This document shows positions 1 through 12,558 of a stretch of 64,000 bases of DNA, one piece after another. The stretch comes from an uncultured Candidatus Rokubacteria bacterium (GTDB lineage Bacteria > Methylomirabilota > Methylomirabilia > Rokubacteriales > CSP1-6). A program made the position numbers and the translations under genes. The DNA is taken from assembly GCA_963789955.1 (NCBI GenBank), contig CAWBMV010000006.1, positions 320,001 through 384,000 on the forward strand, given 5' to 3'. Below the pieces are notes generated by a model that saw only the letters and a program-made list of their open reading frames with translations, was not told the origin of the DNA and ran no database searches. How positions within the stretch are numbered: position 1 is the first letter of the stretch; each line of letters opens with the position of its first letter.

Positions 1-1950
<1,950 letters not shown>

Positions 1951-1963
<13 letters not shown>

Positions 1964-3135
1964 AGCCACGCCGCAGGCGCCTCGACGTACGAGCGGTCGA
2001 GCGCGCCGACCGACGCGCATCCCAGGAGCTTGAGCGTCCGGACCAGATCGGCCCGTAAGATTTGAATCGCCCGCGCCACCCCGGCTTCGCCGCCCGCTCC
2101 GAGCCCGTAGGCATAGGCGCGACCGCACAGCACCGCGCGCGCGCCGAGACAGAGCGCCTTCACGATATCGCTGCCGCGGCGAATGCCGCCGTCGAGCAGG
2201 ACCTCGGCCCGGCCGCTGGTCGCGCTGACGATCTCCGGCAGCGCCCGCAAGGTGGCCGAGACGCCGTCGAGCTGGCGGCCACCGTGGTTCGAGACGACGA
2301 GCGCCTCGGCGCCTTCGTCGACGGCGCGACGCGCGTCGTCGCCCGTCAGCACGCCCTTGATGACGATCGGTCCCTTCCACGCGTCACGGATCCACTTGAG
2401 GTCCGACCAGGCGACCGTCGACTGCTCGAGCGCGGCCGCGACGTCGGCGTAGGGCATCGGCCCCTGGCCGGGCAGCACGACGTTCGGGAACGACATCAGG
2501 CCGCCGTCGGCGAGAAATCCCGCCAGCCAGCGCGGCCGAGCCAGGAATTGTGAGAGGAAGGGGAGCTTCGACGTGACCTTCGAGCCCAGGAGCTCCTTGG
2601 TGCCGTTCCGGGAGTCGCGCTCGCGCAATCCCGACACGGCCGTATCGATCGTGACCGCGAGGGCCGAGAAGCCGGCGGTTCGCGCCCGCGCGATCGCCGC
2701 GCCGGCGACCTCGCGGCCGCCGACCAGGTAGAGCTGGTACCAGACCGGCTTGCTCGACGCCGCCTTCACGTCCTCCAGCCGGCATCCCGACAAGGTCGAC
2801 AGAATGTACGCCGTCCCGGCGGCGCCGGCGGCACGGGCCGCGGCTTCTTCACCCCGCGGATAGAACATGCGACTGCTGCCGACCGGTGCCAGCAGGAACG
2901 GAAGCTCGAGGCGCTGACCGAGGACGGTCACGCGCAGATCGCACTGAGGGATCGCGACCGCGTTGCGCGGGCGGAGGATCACGTCGTCGAAGACGCGGCA
3001 GTTCTCCCGCAACGTGAATTCGGCGTCGGCACCGCCGTCGATGTAGTCGAACACCGCGCGCGGCAGGCGGCGCTCGGCCATGAGCCGGAGATCGGCGATG
3101 TTGACGACGCGAGGCGAGTCGACGGCACGCGCCAT
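1951..3135 (-). CDS. FMN-dependent alpha-hydroxy-acid oxidase/dehydrogenase (lactate/mandelate/glycolate oxidase family)
   Basis: FDYIDGGA, WYQLY, IVIKGV, VSNHGGRQLD, DGGIRRGSDIVKALCLGA motifs. Confidence 0.93.
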
Positions 3136-3156
3136 CGTGTCCGACCTATCTCACGC

Positions 3157-3402
3157 TCAGATGCCGAAGAGAGGACGCGACCATCTGGCCAGGATGTAGA
3201 GGAGCAACACGAGCAGGATCGCCACCATCCCACCGCCGACAACCAGGATTCGCCGGTAGAGATGCCCGAATTGCTCCTGCCGGGTGACGGCTCGCTGCTG
3301 AAGCTCGAGCGAGCGCTCGGTCACGCGGCGATACTCGGCGAGGTGCTCGCGCTGGGTATCGCGGATCTCCTGCAGCAGCCGGCCGATCTCGTCATTGTCC
3401 AT
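3157..3402 (-). CDS. Small hypothetical protein, coiled coil plus one C-terminal TM helix (81 aa)
   Basis: MDNDEIGRLLQEIRDTQREHL...ILVVGGGMVAILLVLLLYIL; GGAG upstream of the ATG; co-oriented between neighbours. Confidence 0.75.
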   Translation of the reverse strand: MDNDEIGRLLQEIRDTQREHLAEYRRVTERSLELQQRAVTRQEQFGHLYRRILVVGGGMVAILLVLLLYILARWSRPLFGI

Positions 3403-3427
3403 TCGCTGTCTCCGACTCCTGGACTCG

Positions 3428-5707
3428 CTACCGCCCAGCCCCGTCGCGACGGGACCGGGCGCTCTCGAACACGCGCGCGGCGGTGAGCGGAAGCGCCGTG
3501 ATCGAGACGTCATGCGGGCCGAGCGCATCGCACACCGCGTTGGCGGTCGCGGCCCCCAGGCCGGGGTTGCCGCATTCGCCGAGACCGCGCAGGCCGAGCG
3601 GATTGGTGGTCGCGCGCACCTCCTGATAGAAGCCGTCGACCGGCGGGACGTCGGTGGCCGCGGGCAGCGCGTAGTCCATCAAGGTCGACGAGAGTAGCTG
3701 GCCCTCCCCGTCGTAGACGAGGCTTTCGTGCATCGTGTTGCCGATGCCGAACGCGACGCCGCCGACAAGCTGGCCGTCGACCAGCGCCGGATTCACGGCG
3801 CGACCGACATCGGCGCCGACCACGACCCGGCGCAGGCTCACGGCGCCGGTCTCCGGATCGACGTCGGCCACGACGGCCGCCGCGCACCCGGCGTAGGTCA
3901 CCTTCGGCACCTCGAACGAGGCGCCGACGGCCAGCCGTCGCTCACGCGCCAGCTCGGCCAGGGTGACGCGCCGGCCCCCTGCGCTCAGGACACCACTCGC
4001 GTAGGTCACCTCGGTCTCGGGCACCGCCAATCGCTCCGCCGCGCGCTGGCGCGCCTCGGCGATCAGCTTCGCGGCCGCGAGATGGGCGGCGTTGCCGGCG
4101 GTGACCGTCCCGCGGGAGCCGTAGGTGCCGACACCGCTCTCGACGGTGGAGGTATCGGTGTGCCGCACGTCAAAGCGTGAGGCGGGAAGCCCGAGCGCCT
4201 CGCCCAGGATTTGAGCCAGGACGGTCTCGAGTCCAGGCCCCATCGACGAAGCACCCGTGTCGACGACGAGCCGACCGTCTGGTCGTGCCTCGACCTGCGT
4301 GGTCTCGAAGGGGCCGAGGCCGGTCTTCTCGACGTAGATCGCGAGCCCGATCCCGCGGCGTGGTCCCGACGGCTTCGAGTTCATCACCGTCTGCTCGGCC
4401 CGCACGCGAGCGTAGTCCAGGCGGCGCAGCAGCTCGTCGAAGAGCCCGGGGAAATCACCCGAGTCGTAGACGGTGCTGACGCCGAACGACCTGGTCCCGC
4501 AGTCGTACGGCATCTCGTGGGGGCGGATCAGATTCCTGCGGCGGATCTCGGCCACGTCGATGCCGAGCCTCGCGGCCGCCTGGTCGAGGAGGCGCTCGCG
4601 AACGAAATTGCACTCCGGGCGTCCGGGCGAGCGCAGGGTCCCGGCGGGCGTCTTGTTGGTCACGACCGACCAGAGATCGCACGCGTAGTTCGGCACTCGA
4701 TAGGGGCCGGGGAGGAGCGCCGCCCCGAACTCGGCGGGCACGAGCGCGGCGGTGCGGACATAGGCGCCGATGTCGGCGTGGATCACCGCGCGCATGGCCA
4801 GGATCCGGCCGTCGCCCGCGAAGCCCATCTCGATCTCGTACGCGACCTCGCGCGCGTGATTGGCCGACATGAGGTTCTCACGCCGGCTCTCGATCCACTT
4901 CACGGGCCGCCCGAGCTTCATGGCGGCCAGCGGCACCAGGATGTCCTCCGGGTAGAGCTCGCCGCGGACCCCGAAGCCGCCGCCCACGTCGACCTCGGTG
5001 AGCCGCAGCGCGCCCACCGGGATGCCGAAGATCGGCGCGAGGATCGTGCGGTTGATGTGGATGCACTTGGTCGAGCCGATCAGGTGCAGCTCGCCGCCTC
5101 GCGGATCGGGCGGCACGGCCACGAGGCCACGCGTCTCCAGCGCCGCCGCCGTCTGGCGCGGGTAGGTGAACCGCTCGCGCAGCCTGAGCTGAGCTCCGGC
5201 GAGCGCCTGATCGGCATCGCCCACGCGCATCGTGATCGTCGCGACGTTGTTCGAGTCGGTGGACTGAAAGAGCCGCGCGGCCCCGGCGGCGAGCGCTTCG
5301 GTGGTCGAGGCGCAGGCGGCCAGCGGCTGGTAGACGACGTCGATCCGGTCGAGCGCATCACGGGCGATGTACGGATCGTCGGCGACGACGAGCGCCACGG
5401 GCTCTCCGACGAACCGCACGACGTCGCGGGCAATCGCGGGCTGCAGATAGCGGTCGGTGCCCTTGGGAGCGGGGACGCGATTCGGGATGATCGCCGTCGC
5501 CGGCACATCGGCCGCGGTCAACACGGCATGGACGCCGGGCAGATCGCGCGCACGCTTCGTGTCGATCGACACCAGGCGCGCGTGCGCGTGCGGCGAGCGG
5601 AGCACCGCGGCGTGGAGCATGCCGGGCACGTGCACGTCGTCGACGAATCGCCCCGTGCCGGCGACGAACCGATCGCCGCCGAGGCGTGGATGAGCCTCAC
5701 CGATCAC
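3428..5707 (-). CDS. Xanthine dehydrogenase/CoxL-family molybdopterin-binding subunit
   Basis: GTGRFVDD, LRSPHAHAR, DVGGGFG, PGPYRVP, GQLVGG, LMDYALP, GLRGLGE motifs. Confidence 0.92.
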   Translation of the reverse strand: MIGEAHPRLGGDRFVAGTGRFVDDVHVPGMLHAAVLRSPHAHARLVSIDTKRARDLPGVHAVLTAADVPATAIIPNRVPAPKGTDRYLQPAIARDVVRFVGEPVALVVADDPYIARDALDRIDVVYQPLAACASTTEALAAGAARLFQSTDSNNVATITMRVGDADQALAGAQLRLRERFTYPRQTAAALETRGLVAVPPDPRGGELHLIGSTKCIHINRTILAPIFGIPVGALRLTEVDVGGGFGVRGELYPEDILVPLAAMKLGRPVKWIESRRENLMSANHAREVAYEIEMGFAGDGRILAMRAVIHADIGAYVRTAALVPAEFGAALLPGPYRVPNYACDLWSVVTNKTPAGTLRSPGRPECNFVRERLLDQAAARLGIDVAEIRRRNLIRPHEMPYDCGTRSFGVSTVYDSGDFPGLFDELLRRLDYARVRAEQTVMNSKPSGPRRGIGLAIYVEKTGLGPFETTQVEARPDGRLVVDTGASSMGPGLETVLAQILGEALGLPASRFDVRHTDTSTVESGVGTYGSRGTVTAGNAAHLAAAKLIAEARQRAAERLAVPETEVTYASGVLSAGGRRVTLAELARERRLAVGASFEVPKVTYAGCAAAVVADVDPETGAVSLRRVVVGADVGRAVNPALVDGQLVGGVAFGIGNTMHESLVYDGEGQLLSSTLMDYALPAATDVPPVDGFYQEVRATTNPLGLRGLGECGNPGLGAATANAVCDALGPHDVSITALPLTAARVFESARSRRDGAGR

Positions 5708-5771
5708 CGCGACATCCTAGCACTGTGCCCGGCGAGGCTCTACCAGGCGGGCACGGCCTGCCGCGTCGACG

Positions 5772-7332
5772 TCAGCGTGCGCCGATGAACGCCTTCGCGC
5801 GCGCGATCTCCGGACGCGCGGTGTCGGCCTTGCTGGCGAGGGCGACGAGCTTCTCGTAGTAGCCCACGGCCTTCGGCCGATCGCCGGCCATCTCGGCCGC
5901 GCGCGCGGCACCGTAGAGCCCGCGGTAGCGGTTCGGGTTCTCCTTGATGGCCGCCTCGAACTCGCGCAGCGCCGCCGGCGCCTGCCCCTGCTGGAGCAAG
6001 AGCTCACCGAGCAGCTCGCGCATCGGATAGAGCCGGTTCTCCATCGCCACGTGCTTGACGCTGGCATCCTCGCTGTCGGCGGCGCCTCGCATGAACTTCA
6101 GCGCCTCGTCGCGCGAGCCCTCCGCGAGGGCCACCCAGCCGGAGACGGCGAGCATCTGCTCCTCGGTGCGATCGGCCCAGTAGCTCTGGTTCGATTTCTC
6201 CAGCGCGGCGCGAAGCTCCTGCATCGCCTGGATCTCGCGCTTGGCGCCGGCCAGATCGCCCGTGCGGGCCATGCCGAGCCCTCGGGTGAACCGCACGAGC
6301 GAGTCGGCCTGCGGCCATCCCGTCGACACGACGGGAAGCGCGGCGGCCCCCGCCCAATCGCCCCGCTCGAGCACGTAGCGCGCCGGCACCGCCGCCAGCG
6401 CCGTGAATCCGGGAACGGCCCCGCCGCTCAGCCGCGGCATGGCGGCGATCGGGTCGACCAGCGCCTTGGCCTTGGCGTCCTGGGCGAGCTGGAGATGCGC
6501 GTACACCATGAAGTCGGTCGCGTGGTAGTAGTCGGGCTGGATCTCGATCGCCGACCGGTTCGAGGCGATCGACTCCTCCCACATCCCCACCATCGAGTAG
6601 ATGTGCGAGGGCATGTGGCGGGCGTGCGGCGCCGCCGGCGCGATCCGGCCGTACGCGACGGCGATCTTGATGCCCTTGTCGGCGAGCGGCGGATAGTCGT
6701 AGGCGTGAACCAGATAGTGCGCGACCCCCGGGTGCTCGGGGTTCTGCTTGAACAACCGCTCGAGGATCTCGGCCGACTTGAGCTGGTTCGCGTACGTCTT
6801 GTCGCTCTTCGACGCCGAGGCCTGCAGGGTCAGTGCGTAGTAGGTCCACGCTTCGAAGTCGTCGGGGTAGCGCTGCGTCATCTGCTCCATCGCCTTGGTA
6901 TAGGCGGCCAGCCGCGCGCTCACCGGCGTCTTGTCGGCGTCGCGATAGTAGACGCCGATCGCCTCGATCCAGTCCCGCTCGCGCTGGGTCTTGGCGCCGA
7001 TCGTCCGCGCCTTCTCGAGGGCCTCGGCCGCCGCGGCCGCGTCCTTCGCCGACGGCGCCGCCGCGAGCGAATTGCCGAGGTAGTTCACGGCCAGCCCCCA
7101 GTACGCGATCGCGCAGGTCGGGTCCTGCTGCAGGACACTCTCGAAGACCTTGCGCGCCTCCGTGAACCAGTAGGAATGCAGCATCGCCACGCCGCGCTCG
7201 AACTGGCGCCTGCACCTTCGCGTCGCACGAGGTCGGGAAGGTGACCTTGCCCAGCTTCTCCTGCTGGGCCGCGGCCGGGACGACCAGCGCGACGACACAT
7301 GAGATTGCGAGCAGCCCTGCCTTGGTTCTCAT
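5772..7332 (-). CDS. Secreted TPR-like helical protein with conserved His cluster; one indel near 7210
   Basis: Signal peptide MRTKAGLLAISCVVALVVPAAA and LGKVTFPTSC in one frame, joining FERGVAMLHSYWF...HPGVAHYLVHAYD...PHARHMPSHIY in ORF 5772..7298. Confidence 0.8.
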
Positions 7333-7357
7333 CGAGACCTCCTCGAGCTGATCCAGA

Positions 7358-7909
7358 TCACGGCGTGTCCATGGTACCGCGCTCGTTGGCCACCGCATAC
7401 GCCCGCCGGGCGCGCTCCACATCGAACGGGCGCTCCTCGAGCGTGTCGGGCGCCCACTCGCTGCGGGGCGTACCGAAGAAGTCACCGCCGTAGACGTGGA
7501 TCGCTCCCGTGAATCTTCCAAGCGGATTGACGACGGAATGGATGACTGCCTCGTCGAGCCGCGCGGTCTCCGAGCACTCGAGGCGCTGGCCGCCGGCCGC
7601 CGCGAGGCCGCGCGCGCCACGGCGGTAGAAGGTGTTGTCCTCGCGACCCCCGTACAGGCCGATCACGGCCCACATTCGGTGCTCGTGGGGATAGATGGCC
7701 ATGCCCGGTGCCCAGACCACATTGAGGATGGTCAGCTCCGGGGAGTGATGAAGGGTGATGAGACCGCCGAGGCGCGGAGTGCCGAGCGCGGCTTCGACGG
7801 CGGCCGGCGCGGCCACCGCGCGCTCGGTGAGCTCGCCGATCGCCGCGGCCGGACAGCTGGTCGTGAGGGCCGTCCGACAGTCGGCGATGAAGCGGTCGAG
7901 ATCGAACAT
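7358..7909 (-). CDS. Cysteine-dioxygenase-like cupin (putative metal-dependent enzyme)
   Basis: MFDLDRFIADCR start; VWAPGMAIYPHEHRMWAVIGLYGGREDN, IHSVVNP, AIHVYGGDF. Confidence 0.85.
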   Translation of the reverse strand: MFDLDRFIADCRTALTTSCPAAAIGELTERAVAAPAAVEAALGTPRLGGLITLHHSPELTILNVVWAPGMAIYPHEHRMWAVIGLYGGREDNTFYRRGARGLAAAGGQRLECSETARLDEAVIHSVVNPLGRFTGAIHVYGGDFFGTPRSEWAPDTLEERPFDVERARRAYAVANERGTMDTP

Positions 7910-7989
7910 GCCGTCACGATATGCGGGTCGCCGGTGATGTGTCCAATGCATTTCTCCTCGTATAATCCATGCACGGAGTGCATCGCACC

Positions 7990-8945
7990 ATGGACCTGCG
8001 ACACCTGCGCGCCTTCGTGACCATCGTCGACGCCGGCGGCTTCGCGCGCGCCGGCACCAGGCTGCACCTGAGTCAGCCGGCGTTGTCGCGACAGATCCGG
8101 GCGTTCGAGGTCGAGCTCGGTGTTCGGCTGTTCGACCGTATCGGTCGCCGCGTTCAGCTCACCGCCGAGGGCCAGGATCTCCTGCGCCGGGCTCGCGAGC
8201 TCTTGACGGGAGCCGACTCATTCGGGGAGCGGGCCCGGGCTCTCAAGGGCGGCAAGACCGGCGTGCTGCGGGTCGGGGCCACGCCACAGGCGATGGAAAC
8301 TCTGCTGGCCGGCTTCCTTCCACGCTATCGGCGCGGTCATCCCGGGGTCGACGTGCACCTCGTCGAGGACGGCGGAATCCGGCTGGCCACACGCCTCGAG
8401 CACGGCGACGTTCATCTCGCGCTCACGGCGTCCACCGATGCGCGCTTTCGCCGGCGCCTGCTGGCTCCGCTCTACGTGCTGGCCGTGTTGCCCAGGTCAT
8501 TCCGGCTCGGCCGCCGGACCACCCTGGAGATCGCGGAGCTGGCGGACTCGCCGCTGCTCCTCACGCGTCGCGATTTTGCCTCTCGCGAATGGTTCGACGC
8601 CGCCTGCCAGCTCGCGCACCTGCGACCGCGCGTGCTGCTCGAGAGTGGAGCGCCGTCCACCCTGGTGGCGCTGGCTCGCGTCGGCTACGGCATCGCCGTC
8701 GTGCCGTCCAACGTTCGGATTCCGCGGAACGGTGTCCGGGCCGTGCCGCTCGTGCAGCGGGGCGCCCCATCGGACGATGGCTGAGTCTGGCCTGGGACCC
8801 GCGGCGATTCCTGGCCCCGTATGCGGAAGACTTCGTCGAGGAGCTCGTCGTGTACACGACGCGCGCGTCGGCAAAGCCGGCCTTTGCCAGACGCGCGCCG
8901 GCCTTGCCGCGTCCGAAGGAGACGCCGTCGGACCAGTCGCTCTAG
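7990..8945 (+). CDS. LysR-family transcriptional regulator, divergent from the cupin; indel near 8770
   Basis: MDLRHLRAF...LHLSQPALSRQIRAFEVELGVRLFDR HTH; C-terminus (WLSLAWDPRRFLAPYAEDFVEEL) continues in another frame. Confidence 0.9.
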
Positions 8946-10621
8946 TGCTGGCCGGCGCGGAGCACGCGTCCCGGGAACGCGCCCGTGTGCTTGCCGTGCT
9001 CGAGCACGACCTGGCCGCCCACGACGACGTGGCTCACGCCCTCAGCGCCTTGCACACGCCGAGGCGTTCCCGACGGTCCGTCGAGGGTGACCTCGTCTTC
9101 CTTCACGCCGATACTCGCGAGGTCGAACACCATGAGGTCGGCCGCCAGCCCCTCGCGGATCATGCCGCGGTCACGCAGGCCCATGATGCGGGCGGGCTGG
9201 AAGGTGTACCGACGGATCGCGTCCTCGAGCGTGAGCAGCTCGCGGTCGCGCACCCACTGGCCCAGCACGTAGCTCGACTCGCCGGCGGTGCAGAAGTTGG
9301 TGTTCAGGTGAGCGCCGGCGTCCGACTGGGTCGGCAGCGCGTGGCCGCTCTTCACCATGTCGGCGATCTGGGTCTCTTCCTCGTTCGAGCGGGTCATCAG
9401 CTGGAACTCGGTGTCGAGCCCTTCCTCGAGCGCCAGGTCGAGCATGACGTCGGCGACGTGCTTGTTCTGCTTCTCGGCGAGCGCGGTGAGGCTCTGGTCG
9501 ACGAGCCCCTGGTTCTTGGCGAGCTTCACCTTGCGAACGAAGATCGAGCTCCAGGGCACGAGCCGGCCCGGCACGCCCGGCCGCCGCCGCTGGGGCTTCA
9601 GCGCCTGGTCGCGCATCTTCGCGCGCCGCTCGGGGTCGGCGAGCGCGGCCAGCCGATCGGCGGGGCGCAGTTGCATGACGACGTCCCACACGTCGAGGTT
9701 GTGGAAGAACGTCGTCTTCTTCAGGGTGAACCTCGGATTGAAGGGGATGGCCCGCAGCAGGTTGAAGAGCTGAGCTCCCTCGCGTGAGGCCTTCTCGACG
9801 TACGGCCAGGCGTTCGTGTCGAAGCTCAGGAAGAACACCGGGCGCCCGCTCGCCACGGCCACGTCGCGCAGGTGGTCGAGATCGGCCGGGCTCGGCTTGC
9901 CGGCGCCCTTGGGCAGGATCTCGATGATCCCGCGGTTGAACTCGCCGAGCGTCCGGCCGAGGGCCACGCGCTCCTCGTCGGCGGCGAGCCGAGTCGGCAC
10001 GGGCTGACCCTGCGGCCCGGCGTGGGTCGGGGAGTCCGTGGTGCTCCAGCCCCACGCGCCGGCCTCGAGCGACTCGCGCAGCAGCCGCTGCATGTGAGCG
10101 ATCTCGTCCGGCGTCGCGGCGCGGTCCCAGGCGGCCTGGTCCATCGCCGAGAGGCGCAGGGGGTTGTGGCCGACCAGCGGCATCAGGTTGAGCCCGAGCC
10201 CGATGTCGATCGCGTTCAGGTACTCGTCGAAGTTCTCCCAGTTCCACGGCACGACCGACGCGAGCGAGCGCACCGGGATGTCCTCGACGCAGCAGAACGT
10301 CGCCAGCATCGCGTCGCGATGCTCCGGCCGCAGCGGCGCCAGGGTCAGCCCGCAGTTGCCCATGAGGACCGTCGTCACCCCGTGCCAGATCGAGGAGGTG
10401 CAGAGCCTGTCCCAGAAGGGCTGAGCATCGTAGTGCGTGTGGGTGTCGATGATGCCCGGCGACACGAACTGTCCCTCGGCGTCGATGGTCGAGGCGGCCG
10501 CGCCCCGGATCTTGCCGATCTCGACGATGGTGCCGTCCTTGACCGCGACGTCGGCGCGATAGCGGGAGAAGCCGGAACCGTCGACGACCATGCCGTTCTT
10601 GATGACCAGGTCGTAAGGCAT
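8942..10621 (-). CDS. N-acyl-D-amino-acid deacylase / D-aminoacylase-family amidohydrolase
   Basis: YDLVIKNGMVVDGSG, PGIIDTHTHYD, HGVTTVLMGNCG, SDAGAH, RGMIREGLAADLMVFD. Confidence 0.9.
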   Translation of the reverse strand: MPYDLVIKNGMVVDGSGFSRYRADVAVKDGTIVEIGKIRGAAASTIDAEGQFVSPGIIDTHTHYDAQPFWDRLCTSSIWHGVTTVLMGNCGLTLAPLRPEHRDAMLATFCCVEDIPVRSLASVVPWNWENFDEYLNAIDIGLGLNLMPLVGHNPLRLSAMDQAAWDRAATPDEIAHMQRLLRESLEAGAWGWSTTDSPTHAGPQGQPVPTRLAADEERVALGRTLGEFNRGIIEILPKGAGKPSPADLDHLRDVAVASGRPVFFLSFDTNAWPYVEKASREGAQLFNLLRAIPFNPRFTLKKTTFFHNLDVWDVVMQLRPADRLAALADPERRAKMRDQALKPQRRRPGVPGRLVPWSSIFVRKVKLAKNQGLVDQSLTALAEKQNKHVADVMLDLALEEGLDTEFQLMTRSNEEETQIADMVKSGHALPTQSDAGAHLNTNFCTAGESSYVLGQWVRDRELLTLEDAIRRYTFQPARIMGLRDRGMIREGLAADLMVFDLASIGVKEDEVTLDGPSGTPRRVQGAEGVSHVVVGGQVVLEHGKHTGAFPGRVLRAGQH

Positions 10622-11322
10622 CAGTTTCCTCCGGGACTGCGCTGGCACTGCTCGATTTGCGCGCAATTGTCCCACATTACTCGGCACTTCGTCAGGAGTC
10701 TCTTCATCGCGCCGATCGCACCGGCAAGCAGCGGCTTCTGGCCGGGATGGAGCTGCTGATCGACCGCGTCGAGGACGACGGCCGTCATCGCGTAGTTGCC
10801 CATCAGGGCCGCGAGCTCGAGCACTCCGCGCCGGCCGAAGAGGTCAACCGCCCGCGCGAACGTCGCGGCGCTGAGCTTCCGGCTACGGAACAGCTCTCGC
10901 CCGAACGCGATGATGACGGCCTCCTTCCTTCCGAGCCGCTTGCCCAGCCGCGCGATCGGCTTCCGCCGCTTGACGATCTCGATGATCTTCGCGTCGAGGC
11001 CTTCCGCGAGCGCCGCCGGCTCGTGCGCCGTCCACTCGAACTGGTTGTCGAGCTCCCGAGCCGTCACCAGGATCGCCAGCTCGGTCAGCCGCCGGTCCAG
11101 GGCGGTCTCGAAGCGCAGATATTGATTGGCGGCGCGCAGATGTCCGGCGAGCTTCGGCGAGTGCAGCCAGATGCCGCTCGGGCCGCGCAGTCCGACCAGG
11201 GTGCGACTGCCGGGACTCACGACCGAGTCGTAGTGCTGCTGGCCCTCTGCGTCGAGCTCGTGCCGCTCGAGGAGCGGCAGGCGCGACAGGGAAGCCCGGT
11301 GCACGTCCCGCGGCAGTCTCAT
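10621..11322 (-). CDS. Carboxymuconolactone decarboxylase / AhpD-like family protein
   Basis: GPSGIWLHSP, ELAILVTARELDNQFEWTAHEP, ELAALMGNY. Confidence 0.8.
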   Translation of the reverse strand: MRLPRDVHRASLSRLPLLERHELDAEGQQHYDSVVSPGSRTLVGLRGPSGIWLHSPKLAGHLRAANQYLRFETALDRRLTELAILVTARELDNQFEWTAHEPAALAEGLDAKIIEIVKRRKPIARLGKRLGRKEAVIIAFGRELFRSRKLSAATFARAVDLFGRRGVLELAALMGNYAMTAVVLDAVDQQLHPGQKPLLAGAIGAMKRLLTKCRVMWDNCAQIEQCQRSPGGN

Positions 11323-11416
11323 CGCGCCGATCGTGCGCCTTTCGGCCCTCACGCGCAACACGCCGGGCCGGAGTATGATTCGGGCACCGCCGACCGAACG
11401 GAGAAAGGAAGACCCC

Positions 11417-12056
11417 ATGGCAGGCAACACGGACCTGTTCGAGATCATGCAGACCATGCGCGCGATGCGCCGCTTGAAGCCGGACCCGGTTCCCGACGAG
11501 CTGATCAGGAAGATCCTACAGGCCGGCACCTGCGCGCCCGAACGGCGGCAACACGCAGCGCTGGCGCTTCCTGGTGATCAAGGATCGGAAGATCAAGCAG
11601 GGCGTCCAGGTCTGGTACAAGAACGCCTTCGACGAGGTCGTGGGCCCTCGCTATCTCAAGAGCTCGCCGCCCCCGGGCGTCACGCGCGAGCAGTACAACC
11701 GGCAGCACGCGGCGGTGGAGTATCTGACCGATCACTTCCACGAAGCGCCCGTGTGGATCGTCGCATGCCTCGAAGAGGCCGCGGCGCCGACCCGCGGGTC
11801 CGGCGCGTCGATCTATCCGGCCGTGCAGAACATGCTGCTGGCGGCGCGGGCGCTCGGGCTCGGCGCCACCCTGACGACTCGGCACCTTCTGTACGAGAAG
11901 GAAGCGGAAGCCGCCCTCGGACTGCCGCCGGGCGTGCACTCCTACGCGATCATTCCCATCGGCTATCCGATGGGGAAGTTCGGCCCGGTCGGCCGCGGGC
12001 CGCTCAAGGAGATCGTGTACCAGGACCGCTGGGGTACGCCGTATCAGGGCGTCTAG
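11417..12056 (+). CDS. Nitroreductase-family protein; indel near 11540
   Basis: TMRAMRRLKPDPVPDELIRKIL..AP / NGGNTQRWRFLVI, ASIYPAVQNMLLAARALGLG, IPIGYP. Confidence 0.88.
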
Positions 12057-12065
12057 GTAGCCGCC

Positions 12066-12086
12066 GGGGGCCCGTCACGGGCCCCC
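12066..12086. terminator. GC-rich hairpin (terminator or REP-like) after the nitroreductase gene
   Basis: GGGGGCCCG-TCA-CGGGCCCCC, 9-bp perfect stem, no U tract. Confidence 0.45.
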
Positions 12087-12104
12087 TCCAAATCGTAAAG
12101 TCTC

Positions 12105-12133
12105 TTGACACAACCTCTGTTTCGACAGATTGT
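12105..12133 (+). promoter_or_regulatory. Possible sigma70 promoter for the giant-protein leader
   Basis: Perfect TTGACA at 12105, 17-nt spacer, weak -10 (GATTGT). Confidence 0.35.
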
Positions 12134-12558
12134 GAGCCAGCATTGCGCCCGCTGAGTGATCGAGCGGGCGACCCGTTTGGAGAAGCTCACCAATTGGTGG
12201 CTCCAAGACGGGGCTAGTGAACCGGGGCGTCTCTGTCCTCATTTCCTCGTGCCCCGACAGCGAGCTCGTGATTGAGCTATGGAGTTATCGATATAGAGGC
12301 TCGGTGCGGTAGTCCGCCGGGCCCCGGAACATCGGGGCATCCGTGGATCAGCCGGCCCGAATCGTTCGGCCTGATAGCCCTGCCATCTCACATCGGCGCC
12401 CCGGAATGCCTCGGCGGCGCCGGCCATCTCCCTAAACCGTCGACGAAGCCGGCCGTGTGTCTCTCCATCACGGTGCGGCGAACGGGGGGGACCTGGTCGA
12501 CCTGACGTAGCAGCGATTCCAGCGTGTCCTCTTCCCCTTCGACTCGCCCGGGAGGGTC

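Noticed and set aside
8782..8784. TGA ending the LysR ORF as a second selenocysteine codon
   Set aside because: No redox motif, and the protein continues in a different frame, so this is an indel rather than read-through.
12300..12385. Named riboswitch (c-di-GMP-I, ydaO) or RfaH ops site (GCGGTAG at 12306)
   Set aside because: Only fragmentary resemblance; the core consensus elements could not be matched by eye.
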